From Octopus bimaculoides (taxonomy: Eukaryota): 64,000 bases of DNA. The notes under the pieces are model-generated. The model was given only the letters and a program-made list of their open reading frames with translations, did not search any database and had not been told where the DNA came from. Every line of letters starts with the position of its first letter. The first letter of the stretch is position 1. The position numbers and the translations under genes were made by a program. This document shows positions 34,575-47,215 of the stretch, piece by piece. The stretch is taken from positions 61,636,119 through 61,700,118 of the forward strand of contig NC_068982.1 in NCBI RefSeq assembly GCF_001194135.2. The letters are read 5' to 3'.

Positions 34575-36035
34575 TATCATTATTATTATCATTCAGTAGT
34601 CTTATTTTAATCATGTGCTTTCACTGCACTAACGAGTACAGCTCTGTGTGCCTTGGGTATGTATTGTGGTTTGTTGTGATGCTCTTATTGTTACTGTATT
34701 GAAAGTGTTTTATGTAGGATGTGTGTGGTGCCTAGTAGTACTATTTTCTGTATGTTATATATATTTGTTATTCCTGGTATTTTTGTTATCAAAGGCAGGT
34801 TAACTAGGAAGTTAGTTTTTGTATGTGGCAGATGTTCAGGTGCAATAAAGACTGTAAACAAACAGGAAACAACTTCTATCTCATTCCAGGGTGAAAAACT
34901 AGAGGTAGTCGATAGCTTCCGCTATCTGGGCGACCAAGTTAGTAGTGGGGGTGGGTGCGCTGAAAGTGTAGCTGCTAGAATAAGAATAGCCTGCGCAAAG
35001 TTTAGAGAGCTCTTACCTCTGCTGGCGACAAAGGGACTCTCACTCAGAGTAAAAGGCAGACTGTATGACGCATGTGTACGAACAGCCATGCTACATGGCA
35101 GTGAAACATGGGCTGTAACTGCTGAGGACATGCGTAANNNNNNNNNNNNNNNNNNNNNNNNNNNNNNNNNNNNNNNNNNNNNNNNNNNNNNNNNNNNNNN
35201 NNNNNNNNNNNNNNNNNNNNNNNNNNNNNNNNNNNNNNNNNNNNNNNNNNNNNNNNNNNNNNNNNNNNNNNNNNNNNNNNNNNNNNNNNNNNNNNNNNNN
35301 NNNNNNNNNNNNNNNNNNNNNNNNNNNNNNNNNNNNNNNNNNNNNNNNNNNNNNNNNNNNNNNNNNNNNNNNNNNNNNNNNNNNNNNNNNNNNNNNNNNN
35401 NNNNNNNNNNNNNNNNNNNNNNNNNNNNNNNNNNNNNNNNNNNNNNNNNNNNNNNNNNNNNNNNNNNNNNNNNNNNNNNNNNNNNNNNNNNNNNNNNNNN
35501 NNNNNNNNNNNNNNNNNNNNNNNNNNNNNNNNNNNNNNNNNNNNNNNNNNNNNNNNNNNNNNNNNNNNNNNNNNNNNNNNNNNNNNNNNNNNNNNNNNNN
35601 NNNNNNNNNNNNNNNNNNNNNNNNNNNNNNNNNNNNNNNNNNNNNNNNNNNNNNNNNNNNNNNNNNNNNNNNNNNNNNNNNNNNNNNNNNNNNNNNNNNN
35701 NNNNNNNNNNNNNNNNNNNNNNNNNNNNNNNNNNNNNNNNNNNNNNNNNNNNNNNNNNNNNNNNNNNNNNNNNNNNNNNNNNNNNNNNNNNNNNNNNNNN
35801 NNNNNNNNNNNNNNNNNNNNNNNNNNNNNNNNNNNNNNNNNNNNNGAAAGCGGATGTTAAACGATGATGATGATGATGATGATTTGAATATTTTTTTATT
35901 ATACCTAAGGCACCTACTATGATAGGAATTGTTTCTGTTTTTAGACTCCACAATTGAGTTATCTCTATTTCCAGGTCTTTGTATTTTGAAAGTTTCTCCA
36001 TTTCTTTTAGAGAAATGTTGTCATCTGTTAGCATT
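34575..36035 (-). mobile_element. Dong/R4-type (restriction-like endonuclease) LINE 3' fragment split by an RTE insertion; pieces 35884-36035 and 34575-34789
   Basis: ISLKEMEKLSKYKDLEIEITQLWSLKTETIPIIVGALGIIKKYS continues as ITKIPGITNIYNIQKIVLLGTTHILHKTLSIQ*, then a 3' UTR ending CTACTGAATGATAATAATAATG. Both ends sit in TTA-rich tracts. Confidence 0.85.
34788..35883 (+). mobile_element. 5'-truncated RTE LINE (middle in gap)
   Basis: FVCGRCSGAI...LEVVDSFRYLGD...RIRIACAKFRELLPLL...MLHGSETW; ends GATGTTAAAC(GAT)n. Confidence 0.93.
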
Positions 36036-36065
36036 GATTATTATTATTATTATGATTATTATCAT

Positions 36066-36730
36066 TCAGGTGGCAAGCTGGCAGACTCGTTAGCATGCTA
36101 GGCAAAATACTTAGTGACATTTTGTCTGTCCTTACATTCTGAGTTCAAATTTCACTGGGGTGACTTTGTCTTTCATTCTTTCAGGGTCAATAAAATAAGA
36201 ACCAGTTGAGTACTTTGGTTGATGTAATTGACTTACACCTTATCCCAAAATTGCTGGCTTTGTGCCAAAATTTGAAATCACTGTTATTATTCTCATTATT
36301 AATAAAGTGGCAAGTTGACAATCATTAGGACATTAGACAAAAAGTATGGCAGCATTTCATATGTTTTTATATTCTGAGTTCAAATTCCACTGAAGTTGAC
36401 TCTACCTTTCATCCTTTTGATGTCAATAAAACAAGTACCAGTTGATCACTGGGGTTGATGCAGTTGACTTACCTGCTTTCCCTAAATCCCAGGCCTTGTG
36501 CCTATAGCAGAAAGGATTATTGTTATTATTAAGGTTGGCAGAATCGTTAGCACACTGGACAAAATGCTTTGTGGTATGTCCTCTGGCTTTACATTCTAAG
36601 TTCAAATTCTGACAAGGTTGACTTTGTCTTTTGTCCTTTTTGGGTTGATAAAACCAGTTGAGCACTGGGGGTTGCTGTATTAGACCCCATTCCCAACATT
36701 TCAGGTCCAGTGCCTATAGAAGAAAGGATT
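36066..36730 (+). mobile_element. Three head-to-tail degraded SINE-B copies separated by TTA-rich spacers
   Basis: Units start about 36066, 36305 and 36530; each has GAGTTCAAATT and GACTTTG.CTTTCAT-like motifs. Confidence 0.85.
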
Positions 36731-36763
36731 ATTATAATATGTGTGTGTGTGTAGTTTATTTAA

Positions 36764-36983
36764 AACTTTATCAATTAAACTGACCATATTCAGTCCAAAT
36801 ATTCTACCTGTTTTATGTTCAAAGTGGCCTGAGATCCAGCCTCTCACACCTATCTTGCAATGCCATATAAAAATGAGCAATCACATCACTGACATCTTGA
36901 AGCTACAAGATAATGCATGGTCAATTCAAAAAGTGTGAATAAATAGACATTACATTTGACAAAGTAATCTGAATGCTAAAGGG
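36764..36983. mobile_element. piggyBac-like MITE
   Basis: Right end AATCTGAATGCTAAAGGG|TTAA; body matches 31045-31255. Confidence 0.75.
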
Positions 36984-37104
36984 TTAACTCAGTCTGAAAT
37001 CAACAAAATCAACCTTGTCTTCTATCAACATTTCCATGCAGTCAATGCCATTGAGTCCTCTATACAAGATTTAGTTTACATAGTCATCAAAGTTATCATA
37101 ACGT

Positions 37105-38304
37105 AAGTGTTCAGCAAAGAAGAAACTAAATTCTCAGATTGTAAATTGCAGCTTTCCACTAGTATTTGTTTGTCTTTTAAAGCTGCTAAAGTGGACTAAG
37201 GTGTTATGATGGAAGCAGTTGAATGCAGATCAGTGTACACCAAAAGAGACTTTTGATGAGATGAAAGAAGTTTATGGTAATGATGCACCATCATACGACA
37301 TCGTCAAGCACTGGCATTATCATTTCAAATGTGGTCAGACATCAGTGGAAACTGCTCCTGTTCCTGGATGACCACATTCCACCATTGATGATAGCACCAT
37401 CCATATAATGTGAGGCTGCCATTTTAGAGGATTGCTGTATAACTATTAGGTAACTAGCCCAAGAAGTGAAGATAAGTGTAGGGTCCATGGAAAAAAATCA
37501 TTCACGATCATTTGCACATGTGGAAGTTGTCTGCATGGTGGATTGCCTGGATGCTTACACCTTTTCAGAAGCAGGAATGAGTTAATTACTCTCAGGCTCT
37601 TTTGGCAATATGCCAAGAAAACAAGGAGAACTTTTTTTGTAGACATATCACACAGGATGAAACGGTCCATCACTATGATGCTGAGATTAAAGTCCAGACA
37701 AAGCAATGGAAGCATGATAACTCACCACCTTCAAAGAAAGCTCATTTCCAACCCTCAGCAGGCAAGGTGATGCTCACAGCCTTTGGTACCAACATGGAGT
37801 AGTGATGATGGATTTTTCTGGCAAAGGGCACCACAATTAATGGGGCATATTATGCTTCTCTGCTGCAGAAATTGCAGGATGCCATCAAAGCAGAGACATG
37901 TCATGCTAACCAAAGAAGTCTGCTCCTCCAAGACAACGCCTCAGTTCACAATGCACATGTTGCCCAGATGAAAGCACTCTCCTGCGGTTATGAAATCCTT
38001 CCTTGTCCTCCTTACTCTCCCACCCTTGCACCATCTGACTTGCACCTTTTTCCAACCATGAAGTCTTTTTTGAAGGGGAAGCACTTTTCAGATGGTGATG
38101 AACTTATTTCCAAGGTAAAGTCTTGGCTCCAGACATAACTTGCCAACTCCTATACAAGAGGTTTTCACAGCTGCATAATGTGATGGGAGAAGTGTGTCAC
38201 CATTGGTGGTGGCTGTGTAGACAAGGACTAATAATTATACCAAGTTTTGTTTATCCTAGTCCTTGGGAAGTGGGTCAGGGGAAATCGTTAATGAAGACCC
38301 CTTG
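37105..38304 (+). mobile_element. Mariner (D,D34D) transposon relic, left TIR not identified
   Basis: ATG near 37209; ITQDETVHHYD, QDNAS...YSPTLAPSD with 34 residues between the catalytic Asp residues, WEKCV; right end GAAGACCCCTTG|TA. Several stops and frameshifts. Confidence 0.92.
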
Positions 38305-39529
38305 TATATATATGACTGAAACCTTGTCTTTTGTCACCCTCTCTAAGTACGTCAAACTTTAGAAACTTCAATTAGTAATAATTTGAAGTTTAAAAAATAG
38401 AACATCATCACCATGCTGAAATCCAGGATTGTTCCAAAATTGTTCTATAATTGTTCCAAAATTGTTCTATAATTGTTCCAAAGACCTTTAGATCTTAGAT
38501 TTAACATTCTCTCAATTGAGTTATTTCAACTTTTTTGCAGATGATCACATAATTTGTAGAGATATATATTTACTCTTGCTAAAAAGAGAATATTTTGTTG
38601 ATATATGAAATGTATTAAATGCATTAAATAATTGGAAGAGTAAAAACTCATTCTAAATTTTAGAATAATTCCAATTTAATGGGTTTGTTGTGTTTTCATA
38701 CAATTTTAAATCTTTCTTTTACATATTTAGATGTGTTCAAAATTTGTATATTTATGTGAATGATACGATACCTTCGAATATATTAGCTTTTTGCTTGTAA
38801 CTGCTCTTGGATAAGACATCAATATATTTCAAGAGAAGGGCATAATCGACTATTTTATTGGCCCCCAGTAGGATGAAAAGCAAAATCAACAGTGATGAGA
38901 TTTGAACTCAGAACATAAATGGACGTAACTAAATATGGAACATTATCACTATGATTTTTTTAGATATCTAAAGTAGCATCAGTTTAATTATCATGTTATT
39001 GCATTTTATAAAAAAGAAATCACCATGACCTCTCAGAGAGCACCAGATCTGGTTTGACTGAATAGATTTATTATTGTCTTGCTTTTTGTAAGATAGTAAG
39101 ATATAATTTAGTTCAGCTTTGGCTGTTTTTTTGACTATTATTTCTCACTGGTTGACTGACTGTACAAAAGCTTCCTTGTTGGCTTTTGTTGGGAATGTTT
39201 GTTGCAGTATGTAGTTAATTCATGTTTAAAACATTGTTCCCTCTAAATCAATGTCCAAACAAAAATGTTAAAAAGAAACTGAAAAATTAAGTTAAATACT
39301 AAAAGAGAAATGCTTGTTGTGTATTGTCTTCTATTGTTTTATAATTTTGTTGTTTCACTTTAGTACCAGTGCACTCTGATTTTGTAAAGGGACAGTATAG
39401 ATGTTGTTAGTTGAATATTTGGGAATCATCAACATTTTTTGAAAACTGTGACCTGCTTCAGTTTGATGTGACATGCTTCAGTCTGCTCTGGTATTATATT
39501 TCTAAGGTTCTGTTATGTAGTTTTTTTTA

Positions 39530-40115
39530 TGGTGTTTAGACTCAGGTCAGTCTTGATCAAACAAACATTTTCTGACCACCATGACCACCTCATCTAGCCA
39601 TGACCACCTCATCTAGCCATGACTACCTCATCTTTTATTCTGACAATGTATTTCAGATTACATAGTCAAATATGTCCCTTTTTAAGGCAGTAGAATGTGA
39701 TTTGAAGGAGATTTGGTTGTCTTCTCTAGCAAGTTGAGAGACTGTGTAAGACTTGTTCTTTGCCTTGTGTGAAGTGCAATATAACAATTAAGTCTGTTTT
39801 GCTGTGTGGCTTGTTTCAGCACAGTCAAGGTTTTAGATGGTAATTTTAGATGGTTTTTTAGTCAAGAAAAGTAGATTCTTTTGGCACCCTTAAGTTTTGA
39901 GAGCAACCCAGCATCTAGTTGTAATTCAGTCCTAAATCAGCCCTGGTTAAGCCAAACTATGACAAGACATTCCACGCATGACCATCCTTCCTTTATGCAT
40001 AGTGTATTTGGGACTACATTATAAAATGCCATTTTTTTTGTAGATGGTAGAGTGTAGTTTGAGGGAGATTTAGCCATTATTTCTAGTAGTTTCAGCAACT
40101 GTGTAGAGGCTCTCA
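39530..40115 (+). repeat. Two copies of an old dispersed repeat (family E)
   Basis: 39530-39760 and 39935-40115 share CATGACCA...TGTATTT..GA.TACAT...GAGGGAGATTTGG..G.TATTTCTAG; further copies near 43715-43900 and 49710-49860. Confidence 0.55.
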
Positions 40116-40156
40116 CATTATCTATCCAGGTCAAAGTTTTTTTTGTTATCCTTTTA

Positions 40157-41038
40157 TGAGTAGGTATCAAAAAGTTCCCTGACTAGTTCTGTAGCATGTC
40201 AACAGATGGAAGCACATGGTCGTGTGTGCAGTGAGAGCTAGCAGTAGCCTTCATGATGTCAGTGTGGTGAGTGTCATCACTGTGTTTACTTCACAAGTTG
40301 TGAAATTTGTTTTTGTGATCATGTGTATGCTGTAGACTGCAATTTTGTCATGAACAGGAACAAAGTGCCAACGTAATATTTTGTGTTAAACTTGGGAAAT
40401 CTGCTAGAGAGACATTGAGCATACTTTGCCAAGCTTATAGCAACGAGGCAAGGGGTTTTACATAATGTTTTGAGTGGCATGGGCACTTCAAAAGTGGAAG
40501 AATGTCTCTGGAAGATGATGAGGGATCTGGAAGGCCTGTCACAAATGTCACTCCTGGAAATGTGGTATTGTGCATCATGAATTTGTCCTCCAGGGCCAGA
40601 CTGTCAATTGAGAGTGCTACTGCAATGTTTTGAAGCATTTGAGGGAGGACATTTCGCAAAAGCAATCAGATCTGTGGAGTGCAAAGAATTGTATTCATCA
40701 TGATCACAATGCTCCCTGTCACCAAGCTCTCCTCACTTTTATCTTACCAAAGACAACATGGTATTGCTTCCACCCTATTCGCCAGAGTTAGCACCTGCGG
40801 ACTTTCATCTCTACCCAAAGATGAAAATACAGCTCAAAGTTCGCTGTTTTAACACTTGTTGAGATTCAGAGTGAATCGCAGAATGTCCTTGACTCACTTT
40901 CGGAAAATGACTTTCAGGCCAGATTCAAAAAGTGACAGGAATGCTGGGATAGATGAGTTACTGCTATTTTGAAGAAGATGATGTTAAAATTTAGTTAAAT
41001 TAGTCATTTTTTTTATTAAACCTTTTGATACCACCTCG
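40157..41038 (+). mobile_element. Internally deleted mariner with both TIRs and TA flanks
   Basis: Left TATGAGTAGGTATCAAAAAGTT versus right AACCTTTTGATACCACCTCGTA; peptides FKSGRMSLEDDEGSGRP joined directly to HHEFVLQGQTVN; HNAPCH and PYSPELAPADFHL present; first catalytic Asp region deleted. Confidence 0.92.
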
Positions 41039-41250
41039 TATTTTTCTGATTTCAGTCTTTTGTAGAGATGCCTGGGCACTGCCTTCAAGTGTTTTAATCA
41101 ATTATATCAACCCCACTACTTTGGCACTTATTTTACTGGCCTTGGAAGGACGAAAAGAAAAGTTAATGTAGGTAGGATTTCAACTCTGAATATGAAGCAA
41201 CTAAACCAAATACAAAATATTTTGTCTGATGTTCTACATATATGTACATA

Positions 41251-42597
41251 CAGGGTGGGTCAGAGAGAACGTACGTTTTTGAAAAATTCTCAGAATCATT
41301 AATTTTAGCTACAGACAAATTTTATTGATATTAATGTGTTTATATTGAATTAGCATTTGTCAAAATCAAGTGTGAAAAACAATATTCATCATGTGGTGTC
41401 CATTTTTATTGATGCATTTCTGAAGGCGTTCTTGGGAGTTGGCTTCCACTCTCTCCAGCAATGCTCAGTCGATTTGGGCAACTTCCATGCGAATAGCTTC
41501 CTTCAAATCATCCAATGCATGGGGATTATGTGCATACACACGTGCCTTGAGGTTTCCCCACAAGAAATAAATTAGGAGACCAATGGATCCAAGGACAAAT
41601 TAGGGGATTGAGGGGCCCAAGGAATGTCAGCAAATCTGGAAATGAGGCAGTTACCTAAGAGAGGGCAAAGAATGTCCATTGATGCTCTAGCTGTGTGGGC
41701 TGTCAGCCCATTCTGCTGAAACCACACATGTCGAATAGGAATACATTTTCATCGTAAATCAGACAAATAAAAGATGTTTATCATCTTGATGTAACGCTTG
41801 GAGCTCACAGTAACAACATTTCTATTATTATCTTCAAAAAAGTAAGGACCAATGATGGTAGCTTTTCCAGCAGCACACCAAGTCATCACTTTTGGGTTGT
41901 GCAGTAGTCTTTTGTGTAGTTCTCTTGGATTTTCAAGATCCCAATAACGACATTTCTGTTGATTCACAATGCCATTGAGATGAAAATGAGCTTCAACACT
42001 CCTTAACAAAATGAGGTTGTCAATTCGAAAATTGCTTCCATCTGACATGCGAAGTTAATCTGCTGTGCATAGTCCCATGGTTTCAACTGTTGCCCAATGA
42101 CCAATTTGTACAGATGGAAATGCAGGGCTTCATGCAAAATATGCCTTACCGATCGATTACCAACGCCAAGTTCAGTGGAATGCCTCCAAGCAGAATGATT
42201 TAGACTCCATATCAAAGCTTGTCTGATGCATTTTACATTTTCCAGGGTCTGTAGCATTTGTGGCTCCCCCATTAGTTTCGTATTCATTAGTGTACCTCGT
42301 GTACGAAGTCCATTCACCCAAAGTAAGATTGTGTAACAGGTGAGAACAGCCTTATTTCATGAATATTGAAGTGGTACTGTAACTCATGCTGAACTACTGT
42401 GACAGACTTGTTATTCTTCATGCAACTGTCATAGGCAAAAACATGATACTCTATCATGAACAGAGCCATGGCTTTATCTAAAACATAAAAAATGCTAAGA
42501 CAACACGGACCAAATGGTACCTGTAGGACATATGTCTCTCCCACTGGAGCTAAGTAATAGTCATTTCAAAAGCATCCGTCCTCTCTGCCCCACCCTG
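41251..42597 (-). mobile_element. Near full-length Tc1/mariner of DD41D (rosa/Visitor) type, degraded
   Basis: TIRs CAGGGTGGGTCAGAGAGAACG / CGTCCTCTCTGCCCCACCCTG with TA on both sides; SVEAHFHLNGIVNQQKCRYW; FQQNGLTAHTARAS...DIPWAPQSPNL with about 40-41 residues of spacing; FLWGNLK; DUF4817-like N-terminus. Confidence 0.88.
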
Positions 42598-42789
42598 TAT
42601 ATCCTTCAGACAGGTTTCCATACATTTGTCTTCAAACTTTTACACACAAGGCTTTGAGGTATAGGTTTAATCTGATGCTATATTTACCAAAGGTGCCACA
42701 GTGAGAGTTCAAACCTGGCATTAAGGAACAGAGAGCAAACTCCCTAATCATGTGGCTATTTACATATTTCTGCAAGCTGAATGGCAAAC

Positions 42790-42979
42790 TCAGTAGTGCT
42801 GAGGGCTTGAAGAAAGCACCTAGTTCACATTGTAAAGTGGTTGACATTAGGAAGGGCTGCAAAATTATTCCCAGAGCAGACACTAGAGTATGATGCAGTT
42901 CTTGGACCCATCAGATCCTATCAAACTGTCCAACCCATGCCAGCATGGGACATGGACATTAAATGATGATGATGATGAT
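42790..42979 (+). mobile_element. Older RTE-like 3' tail
   Basis: GTAAAGTGGTTGACATTAGGAAGGGC...CCCATGCCAGCATGG...ATTAAATGATGATGATGATGAT. Confidence 0.7.
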
Positions 42980-43342
42980 TCATTTTTTGTGGTAACTGAT
43001 TTTTAAGAATTTAAAACATAGAATGTTAACACCAGCTGATATGGTAATTTTATATCATTTTATATTATTACAATAGAAACGATGCTATTTGGTATGTGGA
43101 AGTGAATAGATAATAATATTTTTAAAGCAGACTGTTTGCTTTTACTTCTTCTTTTGAAATTTGACAATGATGGAGAAATCACGTGGTAGATACTAGAGCT
43201 TAATTAGTTTAGTTTAAATTAATTGCATGGTATTTGGAGCATTCTATCAAATTTCATTTTCTTAATCAACAATGTTGTTATTGAATAGCCAGCCCTGTAT
43301 CATGTCATGTCAGTAGTATTGTTAAAGTGAGCTAAACTAATG

Positions 43343-43395
<53 letters not shown>

Positions 43396-45059
43396 GTGCA
43401 TATATATATAATGTACATTTATATATATTTATATATGTATATATACATACATATGTAATATATATATACACATGTACACACACACATGCATATATATATA
43501 TTTATATAATTATAAAGATCTAATTTTAGTGAAAGATAATGTGATTGCTATAACTTATTCAAAAGCTTCATTGTTTGTTTTTAGACACTAAACTACAGAT
43601 GTTCAAATTGAAAATTAACCACATCAATTTCTCTAGCCTGGGTGGACCTGGGTGGGGTCATGAACACAACCTCTCTGCTTCTGACTATTTTATTACAACT
43701 AAAGAAAACTCCTTGTCAAACCTGATTGAACAAACTGATAATCAGACATTCCAGTCATGACCACCTCCATTTCACTTTAGATATTACTGTATTTAGGATT
43801 ACATTATCTAATCTGTCCTATCTAATATGATAAGGTCTGATTTTAGAGGAATTTGGCTGCTATTTCTAACTGATAGTAAATCTGCACTGAAGTACCTTTG
43901 TTGACCAGTTCAAGTTTAGTTGAGTAGGGCTTGGTCAGGCTGCTAGTCAATGAAGGATTCTTTAGTCATACACTGCTTACAACCAGGAAGCTCAATGTAC
44001 CTTTGTTAACCATGTATGAGTCAATGAGAGAGAAGTGATTTGAACAAGGACTGAACACGGTGTTAATGATATGACTTTCAACCAGTTGTTATCTACTCAT
44101 TTGACTCAGATAAGTTGCAAATCTGAATACATAATTTAATCTTCCTCCTTCTCCTCTATCATTCTCATTACTACTGCCACCACTGTCATCATCATCATCA
44201 TCTTTAATATCCATTCTGCTATGCTGGCATGGGTTTGATAGGTCATCACGGTCTGCATTATCTTGTACATAAAGCAACAGAGAAAAATAACCAATAGTGT
44301 GAGTTGGGAATCTTATTGTGCCACTGGGGCTGACACTTGAAAAGTTGTCCAATATGGGAAAAACTAAAGAGTGTAACCTGTGATGTGTTATGTGATGTGT
44401 CATACACAACTCACTCTTTACTCATACTTTCTGTTCTGGCATATTTCCTACAGATAAGTGTCCTTCCCATTACCAGCCACTTTACAGAGTGCACTGGGTG
44501 CATTCTGTTCTGCTGCCAGCACTAGCGCAGTTGTTCTATATGAGCAAAACTAAAGATTATCTGCTATCCTATCTAATTTCTTATTCTGATTTACTGCTCT
44601 TCTAGAAGGGTAGCTTGCAATGCAGCCTGCGGAAGTTGCATCTCACTTGTACATAATGAGAATACATATATTTTTGCTATCCCCACTGCAGCCATTGATA
44701 TTCTTTCATCTAATTTCTAACATTAAATACTAATAATAAATAACAACTCTGATTCTAGCCTTTTACCTAGCTTACTAAATACTAAACGGGTTAATTTGAT
44801 TTCCAGATGGATATGATGTGTGTGTATGTGTGTGTGTTTTTTTCTATCTTGCTTGTTTCTCAGCTGATGTCTTTTAAATAATATTTCCAATATATATATA
44901 TATATANNNNNNNNNNNNNNNNNNNNNNNNNNNNNNNNNNNNNNNNNNNNNNNNNNNNNNNNNNNNNNNNNNNNNNNNNNNNNNNNNNNNNNNNNNNNNN
45001 NNNNNNNNNNNNNNNNNNNNNNNNNNNNNNNNNNNNNNNNNNNNNNNNNNNNNNNNNNN

Positions 45060-45480
45060 AAAATATATAAAAAAATAAATATACCAATACATTATATTGT
45101 CTTTGAGTTTTTAAAGTTCAATGGTAATCCATGTAGATAATTGTTAGATAGTTTAGGATGCATGAAATTAAGAATCCTGCTGTGTTTAAAAAAGGCTTTG
45201 AGTTTGTGTTAAACAGGAAGTGTGTGTAAGGGAAGACAATTCTGTGGGTTCTATACTCGTTAGTTAGAGTTCTGGACTCTTTGTCAACAGGAAGTTTATG
45301 TCTTCCCTTACACACACTTCCTGTTTAACACATAAACGCTCAGCCTTTTTTAAACACAACACGATTCTTAATTCCATGCATCCTAATCTATCTAACAATT
45401 ATCTACATGGATTACCATTGAACTTTAAAAATTCAAAGACAATATAATCTATTGGTATATTTATTTTTTAATATATTTTT
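45060..45480. repeat. Fold-back palindrome 1: ~180-bp arms, 60-bp spacer
   Basis: 45060-45238 is the reverse complement of 45299-45480 at roughly 90% or better; the innermost 34 bp are perfect. The left arm abuts an N gap. Confidence 0.93.
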
Positions 45481-45683
45481 GTAAAAAGCATTATTTTCAT
45501 TTCCCCTCTTCTTGAAAATGTGCCATGCAATGAAAGCCGGTTAGAAATCCTTTTTAATCCTCCTTATGCACATCTATATTAAAATATACTCTCAGTTTAG
45601 CATTCTGCCTTATTATTATTATTTTTTATTTTCCTATTATTTCTCCACGTGCGGTTAACACAACTCCACCATTTACTGACTTA

Positions 45684-45719
<36 letters not shown>

Positions 45720-45724
<5 letters not shown>

Positions 45725-46730
45725 GTTCTCAGCATAGCTACTAAGTGTAATTGTCTGTGTAACTGATGGCATATCTGAAAGAGACACCATAAACAGCAGC
45801 AGCTCCAGGACAGTTCCATGAGGCACTTGCTATCACTGTCTTCTTGGAGAGGGTTCCATTGGCTGCCACAGCCTGGCTTCTGTCTTTTAAGAACTCATGT
45901 AACCATTCTCCCAGTTTTCTGACTATGAGGTGGTCTTGAGTTTTGGTACGTGTTTCACAAACTCAACGTCTAATGGAGCCAGGTCAGCTGCCTCACAATC
46001 CTCTGTGCCATATGTAAAAAAAAAATTAATGTTTAACAGTTGCTGTTTGCACTGCATCTACATATTTTTTCCTCTTAGAAGCAGTGTGTGCACCATCCAC
46101 ATATTTCCAAGGTGGAGGCATTATGTTTTGCGAACTGGGCTTGTGTCCTTGTTGATCCTTGTGGAGTTGTTTGTCTCCTTGGAGACAGTTCTCTCTGGCC
46201 TTAGGGTGAACGAAATGAATACCACTCACATGGGACTTGGGATAAGCAAATCTACAACCTGTCCCAATGTCTCCATGCCAGCAGGTACCCTTTGTATAGA
46301 ACTTACAGACTGTTTGGGCTTTTTTTTTTAAATTCCAGAGCCATTGTCTTTGTAGCTTCTACTTCTTGTTTTTGCACTTGGCCTTTGATCATCCTCAACT
46401 TGCTAGCTTGTTTGTGCCTTTATCTTCATCTTTGGCTTCTGTTTTTCTTGGTGGACCTTTGCTTTGCTGCTGTTCTTCTCTGTGGGCTCACAATTGTCCA
46501 GGGTGGTGATGTCTGTTTTGTTGTGTTCATCTCTCACAGCATCACCCTGACCCTTCCCAGATTCCGTTGAACCACTGGTTTCTTTTTCAGCTCCTGTCTT
46601 CGTCTCTCTTTGAAAATGTTATGTAGTAGCTCTACGTGTGGTTTACTCAGTTTGAGCCATAGTTTAGTGAAAACCAAAACTCTTAAGGGTCTCTTCAATC
46701 AGAGTGGTTTTTAGTGATTCCCTGGCCGAG
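45720..46730 (-). mobile_element. Degraded CR1/Jockey-group LINE with RT motifs
   Basis: Minus-strand KLGEWLHEFLKDRSQAVAANG...PHGTVLELLLFMVSLSDMP..SSYAENT (GVPQGTVLGPLLF / YADD equivalents); internal deletions. Confidence 0.8.
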
Positions 46731-46844
46731 TTCCATGCAAGGAGAATTGTTTTTATTTCTTCAAACTACTGGTTTCTGTGTATTTTAAAGTTAATACTGT
46801 CTTTGGTGTAGTAGCTTTGCTGAGGTCCATGCTACTGAGATAAT

Positions 46845-47215
46845 GAGAAAGAGAGGGCAGGAGGAAGTAGAAATAGATATGCAGAGTAAAAGTAATCAAT
46901 GAGAGGAGAGACAGAGAAATGCAAATATAGATGAGACTGAGAGAGAAAAATGAGGATAAGAGAGAGGGATGTGTAGGTAATTAGGAAAGGCAGAGAGAAA
47001 ATGAGAGGAAAAGCTGAGCAAAACAGGAGACAATAAGAGAGAGGGGGTAAGCAGAGAGAGAAGGAGAGGGGAAAGAGTAGGCAGGGAGAGGATGAGGGGA
47101 AACAAAATATATGAATGAAGAGGTGCAAATAAAGAGGGTAATATTAGGAGATAAGAAAGAGTGAGATGGGTAGAGAGAGACAGAGCAATATAATGTAGAG
47201 ATAAAGATACACTTG
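46845..47215. repeat. GA-rich low-complexity tract
   Basis: Almost exclusively purines on the + strand; source of spurious Leu/Ser/Phe ORFs. Confidence 0.85.

Noticed and set aside
34582-36069. ATTATTATCATTCAG as a 15-bp TSD around the Dong/RTE block
   Set aside because: The left copy overlaps the Dong 3' terminus and the right copy overlaps a SINE-B start; both lie in low-complexity TTA tracts.
38428-38482. 22-bp tandem (ATTGTTCCAAAATTGTTCTATA) and 19-bp tandems at ~39580 and ~49386
   Set aside because: Ordinary slippage duplications of 2-3 units with no further structure.
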